Origin: an uncultured Bacteroides sp.
GTDB lineage: Bacteria > Bacteroidota > Bacteroidia > Bacteroidales > SM23-62
Length of the DNA stretch: 64,000 nucleotides
Assembly (NCBI GenBank): GCA_964431315.1
Contig: CAYSJH010000006.1
Coordinates: 3,204 to 67,203, forward strand
Direction: 5' to 3'
Shown here: positions 1-10,226 of the stretch, piece by piece
Numbering within the stretch: position 1 is the first letter of the stretch
How the letters are laid out: each line of letters begins with the position of its first letter
Notes under the pieces: generated by a model
Seen by the model: the letters and a program-made list of their open reading frames with translations, nothing else
What the model was told of the DNA's origin: nothing
The model's database searches: none
Position numbers and translations under genes: made by a program

Positions 1-1767
1 GCCTCTAAACTCTGGGAGAAGATCATACACAATGCCTGGCAGTCCGCCGAACCCGGCGTATTGTTCTGGGATACCATAGCCAGGGAATCGGTGGCCGACT
101 GCTATGCGGACCTCGGCTTCAAGACCGTGTCCACCAATCCCTGCGGCGAGATCCCCCTCTGTCCCTATGACAGCTGCCGCCTGCTCGCCATAAACCTTTA
201 CAGCTACGTGGAGAATCCTTTTACGGAAAAGGCAAAATTCAATTTTGAATTGTTCCGCAGGCACGTGGGACTGGCACAGCGGATGATGGACGATATCATT
301 GATCTCGAACTGGAGAAAATCGATGCCATCCTCCAGAAGATCAAGGCGGATCCGGAGGACCCGGAACTTAAATGGGTGGAAAGAAGGCTCTGGGAGAAGA
401 TCAAGCAAAAAGCCCTGGAAGGCCGCCGCACCGGAGTAGGCATTACCGGGGAAGGGGATATGCTCGCATCGCTCGGATTGCAGTACGGGTCCGAGAACGC
501 CATCGACTTTTCAACCGAAGTGCATAAGACCGTGGCACTGGAGGCCTATCGTTCGTCCGTTCAAATGGCCAGGGAAAGAGGCTCATTCCCGATCTTCAGC
601 ATCGAACGGGAAAAGGATAATCCCTTCATCAACCGGATGAAAAACGAGGATCCCGGACTTTACGAGGACATGGCCAGGTACGGGAGGAGGAACATTTCCC
701 TGCTCACCATCGCCCCCACGGGTACCACCAGCCTCATGACCCAGACAACCTCGGGCATCGAACCCGTATTCATGCCGGTTTACAAGAGGCGCAGGAAGGT
801 GAATCCGAATGATAACGGCGCAAAGGTATCCTTCGTGGATGAGGTGGGGGACAGCTGGGAGGAATTCAACGTATTCCACCATAAGTTTGAAACCTGGCTG
901 GAGGTGAACGGATACGACATAAAAGCGGTTAAGGAGATGGACGACAGCGAGGTGGATGAGATCATCGGTAAATCACCCTATTACAAGGCCACTTCAAACG
1001 ACGTGGACTGGATCTCCAAGGTCAGGATGCAGGGTGAGATCCAGAAGTGGGTCGATCATTCCATTTCGGTGACCATCAACCTCCCGCATGATGTTTCCAG
1101 GGAACTGGTCAGTGAATTGTACATCACCGCCTGGAAAAGCGGATGCAAGGGATGTACCGTTTATCGGGACGGATCGCGTACGGGTGTGCTGATCAAGGAC
1201 GATACCAAGGACGAAGCAAAAAAATACAAACGGCCGAAGTCGCTCGAAGCAGAGATTATCCGCTTCAACAACAACGATGAAAAATGGATTGCTTTCGTGG
1301 GATTGAAGGACGGGGCCCCGTATGAGATCTTCACCGGGATCGAGGACGAGGATATGTTCCCCCTGCCGAAAAGCATCAGCAAGGGAAATATCGTTAAAAA
1401 CAAGGATAAGGACGGGATCAGCCGTTACGATTTCGAGTACATCGACAAATACGGGTATAAAAATACGCTGGGGGGACTATCACACATCTTTAACCCGGAG
1501 TTCTGGAATTATGCCAAATTGATTTCCAGCGTACTGAGACACGGGATGCCCATTCCCGATGTGGTCAACCTGGTCTCCTCACTGCGGCTTGACAGCGAAT
1601 CTATCAATACCTGGAAAGCCGGCGTCGAACGTACGCTCAAGAAATACATCCCCGACGGCACGCGTGCGAAGACCAAGCAGAAATGCCAGGAGTGCGGATC
1701 CTCCAGCCTGATCTACCAGGAAGGCTGCCTGATCTGCACCGGCTGCGGGTCCTCGAAATGCAGTTAA
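1..1767 (+). CDS. nrdJ: Class II (adenosylcobalamin-dependent) ribonucleotide reductase, C-terminal ~590 aa; 5' end lies upstream of the window
   Basis: Frame 1 is open from nt 1 (ASKLWEKIIHNAWQSAEPGVLFWD), so the TTG at 61 is not the start. Active-site region TNPCGEIPLCPYDSCRL. Cys-rich tail CQECG...CLICTGCGSSKC resembles the zinc-ribbon tail of class II RNRs. Confidence 0.85.
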   Translation, partial: ASKLWEKIIHNAWQSAEPGVLFWDTIARESVADCYADLGFKTVSTNPCGEIPLCPYDSCRLLAINLYSYVENPFTEKAKFNFELFRRHVGLAQRMMDDIIDLELEKIDAILQKIKADPEDPELKWVERRLWEKIKQKALEGRRTGVGITGEGDMLASLGLQYGSENAIDFSTEVHKTVALEAYRSSVQMARERGSFPIFSIEREKDNPFINRMKNEDPGLYEDMARYGRRNISLLTIAPTGTTSLMTQTTSGIEPVFMPVYKRRRKVNPNDNGAKVSFVDEVGDSWEEFNVFHHKFETWLEVNGYDIKAVKEMDDSEVDEIIGKSPYYKATSNDVDWISKVRMQGEIQKWVDHSISVTINLPHDVSRELVSELYITAWKSGCKGCTVYRDGSRTGVLIKDDTKDEAKKYKRPKSLEAEIIRFNNNDEKWIAFVGLKDGAPYEIFTGIEDEDMFPLPKSISKGNIVKNKDKDGISRYDFEYIDKYGYKNTLGGLSHIFNPEFWNYAKLISSVLRHGMPIPDVVNLVSSLRLDSESINTWKAGVERTLKKYIPDGTRAKTKQKCQECGSSSLIYQEGCLICTGCGSSKCS

Positions 1768-1783
1768 TGCATTCAGCATATAG

Positions 1784-4324
1784 ATGAATAAATATTTTCT
1801 TTCTTTTATCCTGCTGCTGATCCTGGCATCCTGCAGCAGGGAAAAATCCGGGTCCATCCATAACTTCAACGGTATTTATTCAGGTGATAACCTCAACCGG
1901 ATCGCCTTCCCGATGGGTGGCATTGGTTCAGGGATGATATGCCTGGAGGGTACCGGGGCCATCTCCCATGTGTCTGTCCGGAACCACCCTGATATCACCA
2001 ACGAACCCCAGGTCTTCGCAGCCATTACTATACTGGGGAAGGAAAACACCACCAGGGTGCTAGAGGGACCTGTACCGGACTGGAAAATCCTGGGAAAAGA
2101 GGATGCAGGAAATGGTCTCGGCCATACCACCTATGGACTGCCCCGCTTTGGATCGGCCGGTTTTTTGTCCCGGTTTCCCTTCGCTGAAGTCAGGCTTGCG
2201 GACAGGACAATCCCGCTCGGGGTGACGATTACCGGGTGGAGCCCTTTCATCCCCGGTGAAAGCAACAAATCAAGCCTCCCGGTAGCGGCCCTGGAATACA
2301 CTTTCACGAACAAAAGCGGGAAAGACCTTGAAGCCATGTTTTCCTTTAATTCGGAAAATTTCATGCAGATCCAGGTACCCAATGACCAGGCTGGGAGCCT
2401 GCCGAAAAACCACATTGACGCCACTGAAAAAGGATTCGTCCTGGTCAATGACCCTGCAAAGGATCACCCCGAGTACGAAGGATCCTTCGCGGCCTGGATC
2501 CCCGGAGAAAAGGTAACGGTGGACCATTGCTGGTTCCGCGGGGGATGGTGGGACCCCATGACGATGTGCTGGAAGGCAGTCGCGAATGGCAGTCCCGTGA
2601 GTACCCCTCCGGTCGCTGAAGGGGCACCCGGCGCCTCCCTCTTCCTGCCATTCAGACTCGGCGTGGGAGAAAGCAAAACCATCCGGCTCCTGTACTGCTG
2701 GTATGTTCCCTGTAGTGACCTGCGGCAGGGCAATGTGCCGCAGGCCGCCGGACCCTGCTGTGAAGGGGGCTGTGAACCAAATACTTTTTCGCCCTGGTAT
2801 ACGTCAAGGTTCAATGACATCGGTGAAGTGATCCAATACTGGAGCGGACATTACGACAGCCTGAGGAAAGATACGGAAACGTTTACCCGGGCATTTTATT
2901 CAACGGATCTTCCCGACGAGGTCAAGGAAGCCGTTGCAGCCAACCTGGCCATTCTTAAATCCCCCACGGTACTGCGCCTGCCCGATGGAAGCCTCTGGTG
3001 CTGGGAGGGCTGCCACGACTCCCGCGGATGCTGTTACGGTTCATGCACCCATGTCTGGAATTATGCACAGGCCATCCCCCACCTGTTCCCGTCACTGGAA
3101 CGATCACTCAGGTACACCGAATTTCTCATAAGCCAGAACCCTGAAGGGCACCAGGCCTTCCGTTCCAACCTGCCTCTCTCCCCGCCTGCCCATGACTTCC
3201 ATGCAGCAGTTGACGGTCAGCTGGGAGGGATCATGAAAGCATACAGGGAATGGCGCATTTCAGGAAACCAGCAATGGCTGCTGAAATTATGGCCGGCGAT
3301 AAAAAGCAGTATGGATTACTGTATCCGGACATGGGACCCGAAACACAGGGGGATCGTTGAGGAACCCCACCATAACACCTATGACATCGAGTTCTGGGGC
3401 CCGGATGGCATGTGCTCGAGCTTTTACCTGGGAGCCCTGAAGGCAATGATCGAAATGGGCAGCCACCTGGGTGAGAATGTGGATGTTTACCGGGATCTGC
3501 TTGAAAAGGGTTCGCGGTTTATGGAATCGGAACTGTTCAACGGGGAATATTTCATCCAGAAGGTGACCGTAGAGGGACTCGCGGCATCCGATCCGGTAAA
3601 GGCTTCGATGAACATGTGGAACGTGAATTATTCCCCCGAAGCCCTCGAACTCCTGAAAAAAGAGGGACCCAAATACCAGTATGCAAACGGGTGTCTTTCA
3701 GACGGTGTGCTGGGATTCTGGATAGCAGAGATGTGCGGGCTCGAGCCCTTTTTCAACAGGGAAATGATCACCGAACACCTGCGCTCGGTCTACCGGTACA
3801 ATCTCAGAAAGGACCTGGGCACCCATGTCAATCCCCAGCGGCCCGGCTTTGCCATGGGATCAGAAGGCGGCCTGCTGCTCTGCACCTGGCCTGCAGGAGA
3901 TGCCCCCTCCCTTCCTTTTGTTTACAGCAACGAGGTCTGGACCGGCATCGAATACCAGGTGGCCTCTCACCTGATGGCGATGGGGGAGGTTGAAAAGGGA
4001 CTGGAAATTGTGCGGACCTGCAGGAAAAGGTACGACGGCAGAAAGAGGAATCCTTTCGATGAATACGAATGCGGACACTGGTATGCACGGGCAATGGCAA
4101 GTTACGGGATGATCCAGGGTTTGACGGGCATCCGGTACGACGCGGTTGACCGGACCCTTTATATTGACTCCCGGATCGGGGACAATTTCACCTCGTTTCT
4201 TTCTACTGAAAGCGGTTTTGGAAATGTGGGACTGAAAAACGGGGAACCTTTTGTTGATTTCAGGTACGGAACCCTTCCACTGGAAAGGATCGTAGTCTCA
4301 GGCAAGGAGTTCCCTCTGTATTAA
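1784..4324 (+). CDS. Glycoside hydrolase family 116-like (GBA2-type beta-glucosidase/glucosylceramidase family), probable lipoprotein
   Basis: 846-aa ORF with an ATG start. Signal plus lipobox-like LLILASCS. GH116 N-domain-like FPMGGIGSGMICLEGTGAISHVSVRNHP and catalytic-domain-like CHDSRGCCYGSCTHVWNYAQA. Confidence 0.75.
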   Translation: MNKYFLSFILLLILASCSREKSGSIHNFNGIYSGDNLNRIAFPMGGIGSGMICLEGTGAISHVSVRNHPDITNEPQVFAAITILGKENTTRVLEGPVPDWKILGKEDAGNGLGHTTYGLPRFGSAGFLSRFPFAEVRLADRTIPLGVTITGWSPFIPGESNKSSLPVAALEYTFTNKSGKDLEAMFSFNSENFMQIQVPNDQAGSLPKNHIDATEKGFVLVNDPAKDHPEYEGSFAAWIPGEKVTVDHCWFRGGWWDPMTMCWKAVANGSPVSTPPVAEGAPGASLFLPFRLGVGESKTIRLLYCWYVPCSDLRQGNVPQAAGPCCEGGCEPNTFSPWYTSRFNDIGEVIQYWSGHYDSLRKDTETFTRAFYSTDLPDEVKEAVAANLAILKSPTVLRLPDGSLWCWEGCHDSRGCCYGSCTHVWNYAQAIPHLFPSLERSLRYTEFLISQNPEGHQAFRSNLPLSPPAHDFHAAVDGQLGGIMKAYREWRISGNQQWLLKLWPAIKSSMDYCIRTWDPKHRGIVEEPHHNTYDIEFWGPDGMCSSFYLGALKAMIEMGSHLGENVDVYRDLLEKGSRFMESELFNGEYFIQKVTVEGLAASDPVKASMNMWNVNYSPEALELLKKEGPKYQYANGCLSDGVLGFWIAEMCGLEPFFNREMITEHLRSVYRYNLRKDLGTHVNPQRPGFAMGSEGGLLLCTWPAGDAPSLPFVYSNEVWTGIEYQVASHLMAMGEVEKGLEIVRTCRKRYDGRKRNPFDEYECGHWYARAMASYGMIQGLTGIRYDAVDRTLYIDSRIGDNFTSFLSTESGFGNVGLKNGEPFVDFRYGTLPLERIVVSGKEFPLY

Positions 4325-4330
4325 AAGCAG

Positions 4331-4420
4331 GGAAACAATCGGTATGTTCTTCGAGTGAGTGGTACTGTCTGAGCGCAGCGAGTTGTACCAAGAATAAGCA
4401 GAAGTATACCGATCGTTTCC
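4331..4420. terminator. Long imperfect hairpin between convergent GH116 and kbl genes (possible bidirectional terminator)
   Basis: GGAAACAATCGGTAT (4331-4345) pairs with ATACCGATCGTTTCC (4406-4420) with one mismatch. An inner GGTAC/GTACC pair is also present. The right arm overlaps the kbl stop codon. There is no clear U-tract. Confidence 0.35.
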
Positions 4421-5610
4421 TACCCCAACACCCCGAGCTCTTTTCCCACCTTGACAAAGGCTTTAATGGCCCTGTCCAGGTGTTCATTGTTGTGGGCAGC
4501 AGAAAGCTGTACCCGGATCCTGGCCTCCCCCTTCGGAACGACCGGGTAATAAAAACCGATCACGTAAATCCCTTCCTGCAGCAGCCTTGAGGCAAAATCC
4601 TGGGAGAGTTTTGCGTCGTAGAGCATGATCGGGATAATGGCCGATTTGGTGGGCTTGAGGTCAAAGCCGGCGGTACTCATCTTCCGGTAAAAATACTCCG
4701 TGTTGTGGTGGAGCTTTTCCTGCAGCTCGTTGGTCTCGCCCATCATCCGGAACATGGCGATGCCGGCACCGATAATGGCCGGGGGAAGCGAATTCGAGAA
4801 CAGGTAAGGGCGGGAACGCTGCCGGAGCATTTCAATGATCTCGGCCCTGCCGGTGGTAAAGCCCCCGATCGCCCCCCCGAAGGCCTTCCCGAGCGTGCCG
4901 GTGATGATGTCCACCTTTCCCCTTATGTTGAACAGTTCGGTCACTCCCCTGCCGGTTTCCCCGACCACTCCAGCGGAATGACATTCGTCGACCATGACCA
5001 TGGCGTCGTATCTCTCCGCAAGGGCCACGATCCGGTCCATGGGCGCCACGTTGCCATCCATCGAGAAGACCCCGTCGGTCACGATCATGCGGAAGCGCTG
5101 GGATTGGGACTCCTGAAGCTGCTTTTCCAGGTCCTCCATATCCGCATTGCGGTAACGGTAGCGCTGCGCCTTGCACAGTCGGACCCCGTCGATGATGGAG
5201 GCATGGTTCAGGGCGTCCGAGATGATGGCATCCTGCTCGGTCAGGATAGGCTCAAATACCCCGCCGTTGGCATCAAAACAGGCCGCATAAAGAATGGTGT
5301 CTTCCGTGCCGAAAAAGTCCGCGATCTGTTTTTCCAGTTCCTTGTGCAGGTCCTGCGTGCCGCAGATGAACCTTACGGAGGACATCCCGTACCCGTGGCT
5401 GTCCAAAGCATCCTTAGCGGCCTTTACCAGGGCGGGATGGTTGGAGAGTCCCAGGTAATTATTGGCACAGAAGTTCAGGACCTTCTCACCCGTTGAAACC
5501 TCTATTTCAGCACCCTGGGCCGTGGTGATGATCCGTTCGTTCTTGTACAGGCCGGCTTCCTTTATGGATGCCAGTTCCTGCTGCAGGTGTTTTTTGATTT
5601 TTCCGTACAT
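4420..5610 (-). CDS. kbl: Glycine C-acetyltransferase (2-amino-3-ketobutyrate CoA ligase)
   Basis: 396 aa. N-terminus MYGKIKKHLQQELASIKEAGLYKNERII. PLP-lysine region ITGTLGKAFGG. Lies directly downstream of threonine dehydrogenase. Confidence 0.9.
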   Translation of the reverse strand: MYGKIKKHLQQELASIKEAGLYKNERIITTAQGAEIEVSTGEKVLNFCANNYLGLSNHPALVKAAKDALDSHGYGMSSVRFICGTQDLHKELEKQIADFFGTEDTILYAACFDANGGVFEPILTEQDAIISDALNHASIIDGVRLCKAQRYRYRNADMEDLEKQLQESQSQRFRMIVTDGVFSMDGNVAPMDRIVALAERYDAMVMVDECHSAGVVGETGRGVTELFNIRGKVDIITGTLGKAFGGAIGGFTTGRAEIIEMLRQRSRPYLFSNSLPPAIIGAGIAMFRMMGETNELQEKLHHNTEYFYRKMSTAGFDLKPTKSAIIPIMLYDAKLSQDFASRLLQEGIYVIGFYYPVVPKGEARIRVQLSAAHNNEHLDRAIKAFVKVGKELGVLG

Positions 5611-5632
5611 AATTGGATGGATATTAATGATT

Positions 5633-6598
5633 TTATCGTAAAATACCCAGGTTCAGTTTTTTGCCGATCTCCTCCAGCATGATCGCGGTCATGCTTTCCA
5701 GGTCATACCGGTAGCTGCAACCCCAGTCCCTCGCCGAAATGCTGTCATCAATGCTCTGAGGCCATGTCTCCGCAATTACCTGCCGGAAATCCGGCGTATA
5801 GCTTATTTTGAAATCCGGTATGTGTTTCACGATCTCGGCATGGATCTCGGCAGGGGTGATGCTCATCCCTCCCAGGTTATAGGCGGTGTGAATGGTAAGC
5901 TTCCGGTGATCGGCCTCCATCAGGTCGATGGTGGACTTAATTGCATCCGGCATGAATAAAAACGGCAGCGCGGTATCTTTACCCAGGAAACAGTCATAAG
6001 ACCCGTTCTTGACGGCCGAATAATAGATTTCCACGGCATAATCCGTCGTGCCCCCTCCGGCTTCGGTCTTGAAACTTATCAGTCCAGGGTACCGGATGCT
6101 CCGCACATCGATGTGATACTTGCTGTTGTAATATTCGCACCAGCGCTCCCCTGCAAGCTTGCTGATGCCGTAAACCGTGGTCGGCTCCATGACAGTCAGC
6201 TGGGGGGTGTTCAAACGGGGGGTAGTGGGACCGAAAACTGCGATGGAGCTGGGCCAGAATACCTTTTTCACCTCATCGACCATCTTGGCCACCTCCAGGA
6301 TGTTCATCAGGCTGTTCATGTTGATGTGCCAGGCCTGTACCGGGAGTTTCTCCGCATTCCCCGAAAGCACCGCTGCCAGGTGGTAGATCTGGGTTATCTT
6401 ATGCCGTATTATGAAGTGGATCAGGCGCTTGTCATCCATGACATCCAGCAGCTGGAAGGGCCCGCTTTCCATGATGTCCCTGCTCGCCTCCTTGATATCG
6501 GTCGCAAAAACATGGTCGCTGCCGTAGATTTTCCGCAGCTCCAGGGTCAGCTCAGAACCGATCTGCCCGGCCGCCCCGATGATGAGAATCCTATCCAT
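5633..6598 (-). CDS. tdh: L-threonine 3-dehydrogenase, NAD-dependent epimerase/dehydratase (SDR) type
   Basis: 321 aa. Rossmann motif IIGAAGQIGSEL and YGISKLAGE (YxxxK). 22 nt upstream of kbl, the classic threonine-degradation pair. Confidence 0.8.
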   Translation of the reverse strand: MDRILIIGAAGQIGSELTLELRKIYGSDHVFATDIKEASRDIMESGPFQLLDVMDDKRLIHFIIRHKITQIYHLAAVLSGNAEKLPVQAWHINMNSLMNILEVAKMVDEVKKVFWPSSIAVFGPTTPRLNTPQLTVMEPTTVYGISKLAGERWCEYYNSKYHIDVRSIRYPGLISFKTEAGGGTTDYAVEIYYSAVKNGSYDCFLGKDTALPFLFMPDAIKSTIDLMEADHRKLTIHTAYNLGGMSITPAEIHAEIVKHIPDFKISYTPDFRQVIAETWPQSIDDSISARDWGCSYRYDLESMTAIMLEEIGKKLNLGILR

Positions 6599-6725
6599 TT
6601 TCCGGTGTTTCTTGACTTACCGAAGCGAAATTAGCGGTTTCCGCTAAGAGTTACTATGATAAATAACATAACCGGGATGCAGGGGGGACAATTTATGGCC
6701 CGTTTCTCAGTTCATTATTAATGCA

Positions 6726-9700
6726 TTGCCTAATTTTAGCGGATGCATTAAACCAGGCCTTTTGGGAAAAAGGATCATTATACCCATACTGCTTTTTTTC
6801 AGCCTTGCTGCAGGTGCCCAGGATCTATCCACGCTGCGGTCCAGGAGGGTGCTGGTCAGCAACGATACCATCCTGCTGGACTCGCTTCCAGTCATGCCGG
6901 GCTCGGTGTTCCTGTTCGACGCCCGGCAGAAAAACATCCCGGACAGCCTGTTCCGGGTACTGGCGGCAGAAGGTAAGCTGGTCCCCGACCCGGTCCTCCG
7001 GGATTCCTGGATCACCATCCGTTACAGGGTACTGGCAGGGGATGTTTTCATCCCTTACTACCGGAAAGATGCAGGGGCGCTGAAACCCAGACCAGGAATG
7101 CCTGAGGCGGATGCGTTCCGCATCACCGCAGCTGAACTGCCCAGGGGCGGTTATTATTCTTACAGCGAATTGAATAAAAGAGGCAGCCTTTCACGTGGCA
7201 TCACCTTCGGGAACAGCCAGGATGTGGTGGTGAATTCCAACCTTAACCTCCAGCTGACGGGAAAGCTGAGCGATAACCTCAACATCATTGCAGCCCTGTC
7301 CGATAACAATATTCCCATACAACCGGAAGGTTATTCCCAGCAGATTTCAGAATTCGACAAGGTCTTTATCGAGGTGTTCAACGATAAAATTGCACTGACC
7401 GGGGGAGATTTCGAACTGGCCGGTTCGCCGGGAATGTTCATGGATTTCTACAAGAGGGCTAAAGGAGTCAGGTTCAGGGGAAACTTCAGCCCGGACAAAA
7501 CCTGCAGCAATAATTTCAGCACCACCGTCAGCGGAGCCGTTTCAAAGGGAAAGTTCACCCGTAATTCCTTCCTGGGAAAAGAGGGGAACCAGGGACCCTA
7601 CAAACTCCAGGGTGCAGACTTCGAGCAATACATCGTTGTGCTGGCGGGATCGGAACGGGTATACCTTGACGGGCGCCTGCTGAGCCGGGGAATGGACCGC
7701 GATTACACCATCGATTACAACAATGCCGAGCTTACCTTTACTCCCCGGCAGCCCATAACGAAGGACAGGCGCATCATCGTTGAATTTGAATACTCCGAGC
7801 AGAGCTACGCGAGGTTCCTGCTCTATACCTCCAATGTTTTCAGCACGGAGAAAGGATCCTTTTTCCTGAATGTATATTCCGAGCAGGATGATAAAAACCA
7901 GACTTTGCAGCAGGATCTTTCAGAAGGGGAAAAGCAGTACCTGTCCGGGATCGGCAATGACATCGGCCTGGCTGTTGTGCCGCGTATTGACAGCGTCGGA
8001 TACAACACCGATGAGGTGCTTTACCGGCGCTGCGACAGCCTGACGGGCGGAACCCTCTACCCGGAGGTTTACGTGCATTCGAACGATCCGGCCCTTGCGG
8101 TCTACAGGCTGCGCTTCAGCTACCTGGGCGAGGGCCGTGGAAACTACCTGCCGGTGAAATCCACCGTGAACGGTAAGGTTTACAGCTGGACGGCGCCGGT
8201 CAATGGCGTAAAACAGGGAAGCTATGAACCGGTGGTGCTTCTGATCACACCGAAGAAAAAACAGCTGGCCAGCTTCGGCGGGTCCCGGGCATTTTCATCC
8301 ATGACCCGGGCCAACTTTGAACTCGCAGTCAGCAACAATGACCCGAACACCTTCTCTTCACTTGACAGAAATGAAAACCTGGGCTATGCCATGAACCTGG
8401 GTATTCAGCAGGATATGCTGCGGGCGGATACTTCCCGCATCCGCCTTAGGGGATCGGCAGGCTACCGCCACGTAAGCCTTCATTTCAGTCCCATTGAAAG
8501 ATTCCGGGGGGTGGAGTTTGAGCGGGACTGGAACCTGGCGGACCAGGATGCCGCAAACCAGGAGGATATGGCGACGATCGGGCTTGATTTTTACGAACGG
8601 AAGGCCGGCCGTGTAAGCCTGAACTCGGAATACCTCCGGTACGGGGAACAGACCGAGGGATTCCGCAACACCCTGTCAGGCAACCTCAGGTTCGGAGGTT
8701 TCGAACTGGCTATGGACGGGAGCCTGCTGAATTCGGATGACCTCTTCTCAAGCACCCGCTTTATCCGGCACCGGCTTACCCTGGCCAGGCATTTCCAGTA
8801 TGCCATCCTCGGCCTGCGCGAAGAGGGCGAAAATAACAGGTGGAAAGGGAAGCCCGGTGACAGCCTGATGCTGAACAGTTTCGCATTCCAGGAATGTGAG
8901 ATTTTCCTGACCCAGCCCGATACCCTCCCCAGGCGCGGGTTCATTTCCTACCGGAACAGGAGGGACTTCATGCCGTCCGGGAACCGGCTGGTTTATGTAA
9001 ACATGGGACAGGACCTGAGCCTCGGCGCCACCTTTGCGAAGAACCCGAATAACCGTCTTCAGTCCACCCTCACCTACCGCGAACTCTCGGTCGCCGATAC
9101 CTCCCTGAGCATAAACCGTCCCCAGCGGAACCTGACCGGGAGGATCGAACACGGCATGCAGCTTGCCCGCGGAGCCATATCCACCACCACTTTTTACGAG
9201 GTGGGCTCCGGGCTGGAAACCAGCCGGGAATATTCCTACCTGGAGGTGGCCCCGGGCCAGGGGGTTTACCAGTGGATCGATTACAACGGTAACGGACTTA
9301 AGGAGCTGGATGAATTCGAGGTTGCCCAGTTCCGGGACGAAGCACGATACATCCGCATATTCTTCCCTTCCAGTGACTTTATGACGGTTTACACCAACCA
9401 GTTCAACCAGACCATTAACCTCAATCCTTCCAGGATATGGAAAGACCGTAAGGGGATCACCAGGGGGATTGTACTTTTTTCCGATCAGTTTGCCTACCGT
9501 ATCGACCGCAAGAACAGCTCCGGGGATATCCTGAAAAACCTCAATCCATTCTCGACCAGCCTGGATGACCCGGATCTCCTTACCCTGTCCACCTCCATCC
9601 GGAATAATCTGTCCTTTAACAGGACCGGAAAGGTTTTTGGCGCGGATTACATCTACCAGCGAAACCAGAACCGGAGCCTGCTTTCAAACGGGTTTGATAC

Positions 9701-10226
9701 GCGGAGAATGAACAGCCACGGGATCAGGACCAGGGTAAGCCTGGGGGATAATCTTTCGCTGATTGACCAGTTAGACCGGGGGGACAGGACCTTTAATTCC
9801 CAGTTCCTGTCAAACCGCAATTATGACATCGGATTCCTGTTCAATAAACTGAGTGCACAGCTGCAGCTGAATATGGCCCTGCGCCTGGTGGCGGATTATG
9901 GTTTCAAAACGCAGACCAACCGGCTGGATGTACAGCAATCGGAAGAAAATAACCTCGGAACGGAACTTCGCTTTAGCAGGCTAAACAAGGGGATCCTGAC
10001 CTGCCGGGTGAATTACGTGCACCTGAGCTACAACGACGATCCCAATTCCCCGGTGGGGTACGAAATGCTGCAGGGATTGCTGCCCGGGCATAACGGGACC
10101 TGGACCCTGCTCTTCCAAAGAAGCATTACCGGGGGAATTGAACTGAACCTGGAATACTCCGGCAGGGTTTCAGAGAAGCAGGCGGTGGTCCATACAGGGG
10201 GACTGCAGGTGCGGGCAAATTTTTAG
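6726..10226 (+). CDS. Large secreted protein of unknown function, predicted outer-membrane beta-barrel
   Basis: 1166-aa ORF with no in-frame ATG near the 5' end. TTG at 6726, or TTG at 6762, which gives a canonical signal peptide MGKRIIIPILLFFSLAAGAQD. Rich in alternating beta-strand-like segments (N, S, Y, R, F). Ends with a C-terminal aromatic residue (LQVRANF), as in OM barrels. Confidence 0.7.
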   Translation: MPNFSGCIKPGLLGKRIIIPILLFFSLAAGAQDLSTLRSRRVLVSNDTILLDSLPVMPGSVFLFDARQKNIPDSLFRVLAAEGKLVPDPVLRDSWITIRYRVLAGDVFIPYYRKDAGALKPRPGMPEADAFRITAAELPRGGYYSYSELNKRGSLSRGITFGNSQDVVVNSNLNLQLTGKLSDNLNIIAALSDNNIPIQPEGYSQQISEFDKVFIEVFNDKIALTGGDFELAGSPGMFMDFYKRAKGVRFRGNFSPDKTCSNNFSTTVSGAVSKGKFTRNSFLGKEGNQGPYKLQGADFEQYIVVLAGSERVYLDGRLLSRGMDRDYTIDYNNAELTFTPRQPITKDRRIIVEFEYSEQSYARFLLYTSNVFSTEKGSFFLNVYSEQDDKNQTLQQDLSEGEKQYLSGIGNDIGLAVVPRIDSVGYNTDEVLYRRCDSLTGGTLYPEVYVHSNDPALAVYRLRFSYLGEGRGNYLPVKSTVNGKVYSWTAPVNGVKQGSYEPVVLLITPKKKQLASFGGSRAFSSMTRANFELAVSNNDPNTFSSLDRNENLGYAMNLGIQQDMLRADTSRIRLRGSAGYRHVSLHFSPIERFRGVEFERDWNLADQDAANQEDMATIGLDFYERKAGRVSLNSEYLRYGEQTEGFRNTLSGNLRFGGFELAMDGSLLNSDDLFSSTRFIRHRLTLARHFQYAILGLREEGENNRWKGKPGDSLMLNSFAFQECEIFLTQPDTLPRRGFISYRNRRDFMPSGNRLVYVNMGQDLSLGATFAKNPNNRLQSTLTYRELSVADTSLSINRPQRNLTGRIEHGMQLARGAISTTTFYEVGSGLETSREYSYLEVAPGQGVYQWIDYNGNGLKELDEFEVAQFRDEARYIRIFFPSSDFMTVYTNQFNQTINLNPSRIWKDRKGITRGIVLFSDQFAYRIDRKNSSGDILKNLNPFSTSLDDPDLLTLSTSIRNNLSFNRTGKVFGADYIYQRNQNRSLLSNGFDTRRMNSHGIRTRVSLGDNLSLIDQLDRGDRTFNSQFLSNRNYDIGFLFNKLSAQLQLNMALRLVADYGFKTQTNRLDVQQSEENNLGTELRFSRLNKGILTCRVNYVHLSYNDDPNSPVGYEMLQGLLPGHNGTWTLLFQRSITGGIELNLEYSGRVSEKQAVVHTGGLQVRANF

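Noticed and set aside
1-60. Cobalamin riboswitch expected upstream of class II RNR genes.
   Set aside because: The nrdJ 5' end and its leader lie outside the window, so nothing can be assessed.
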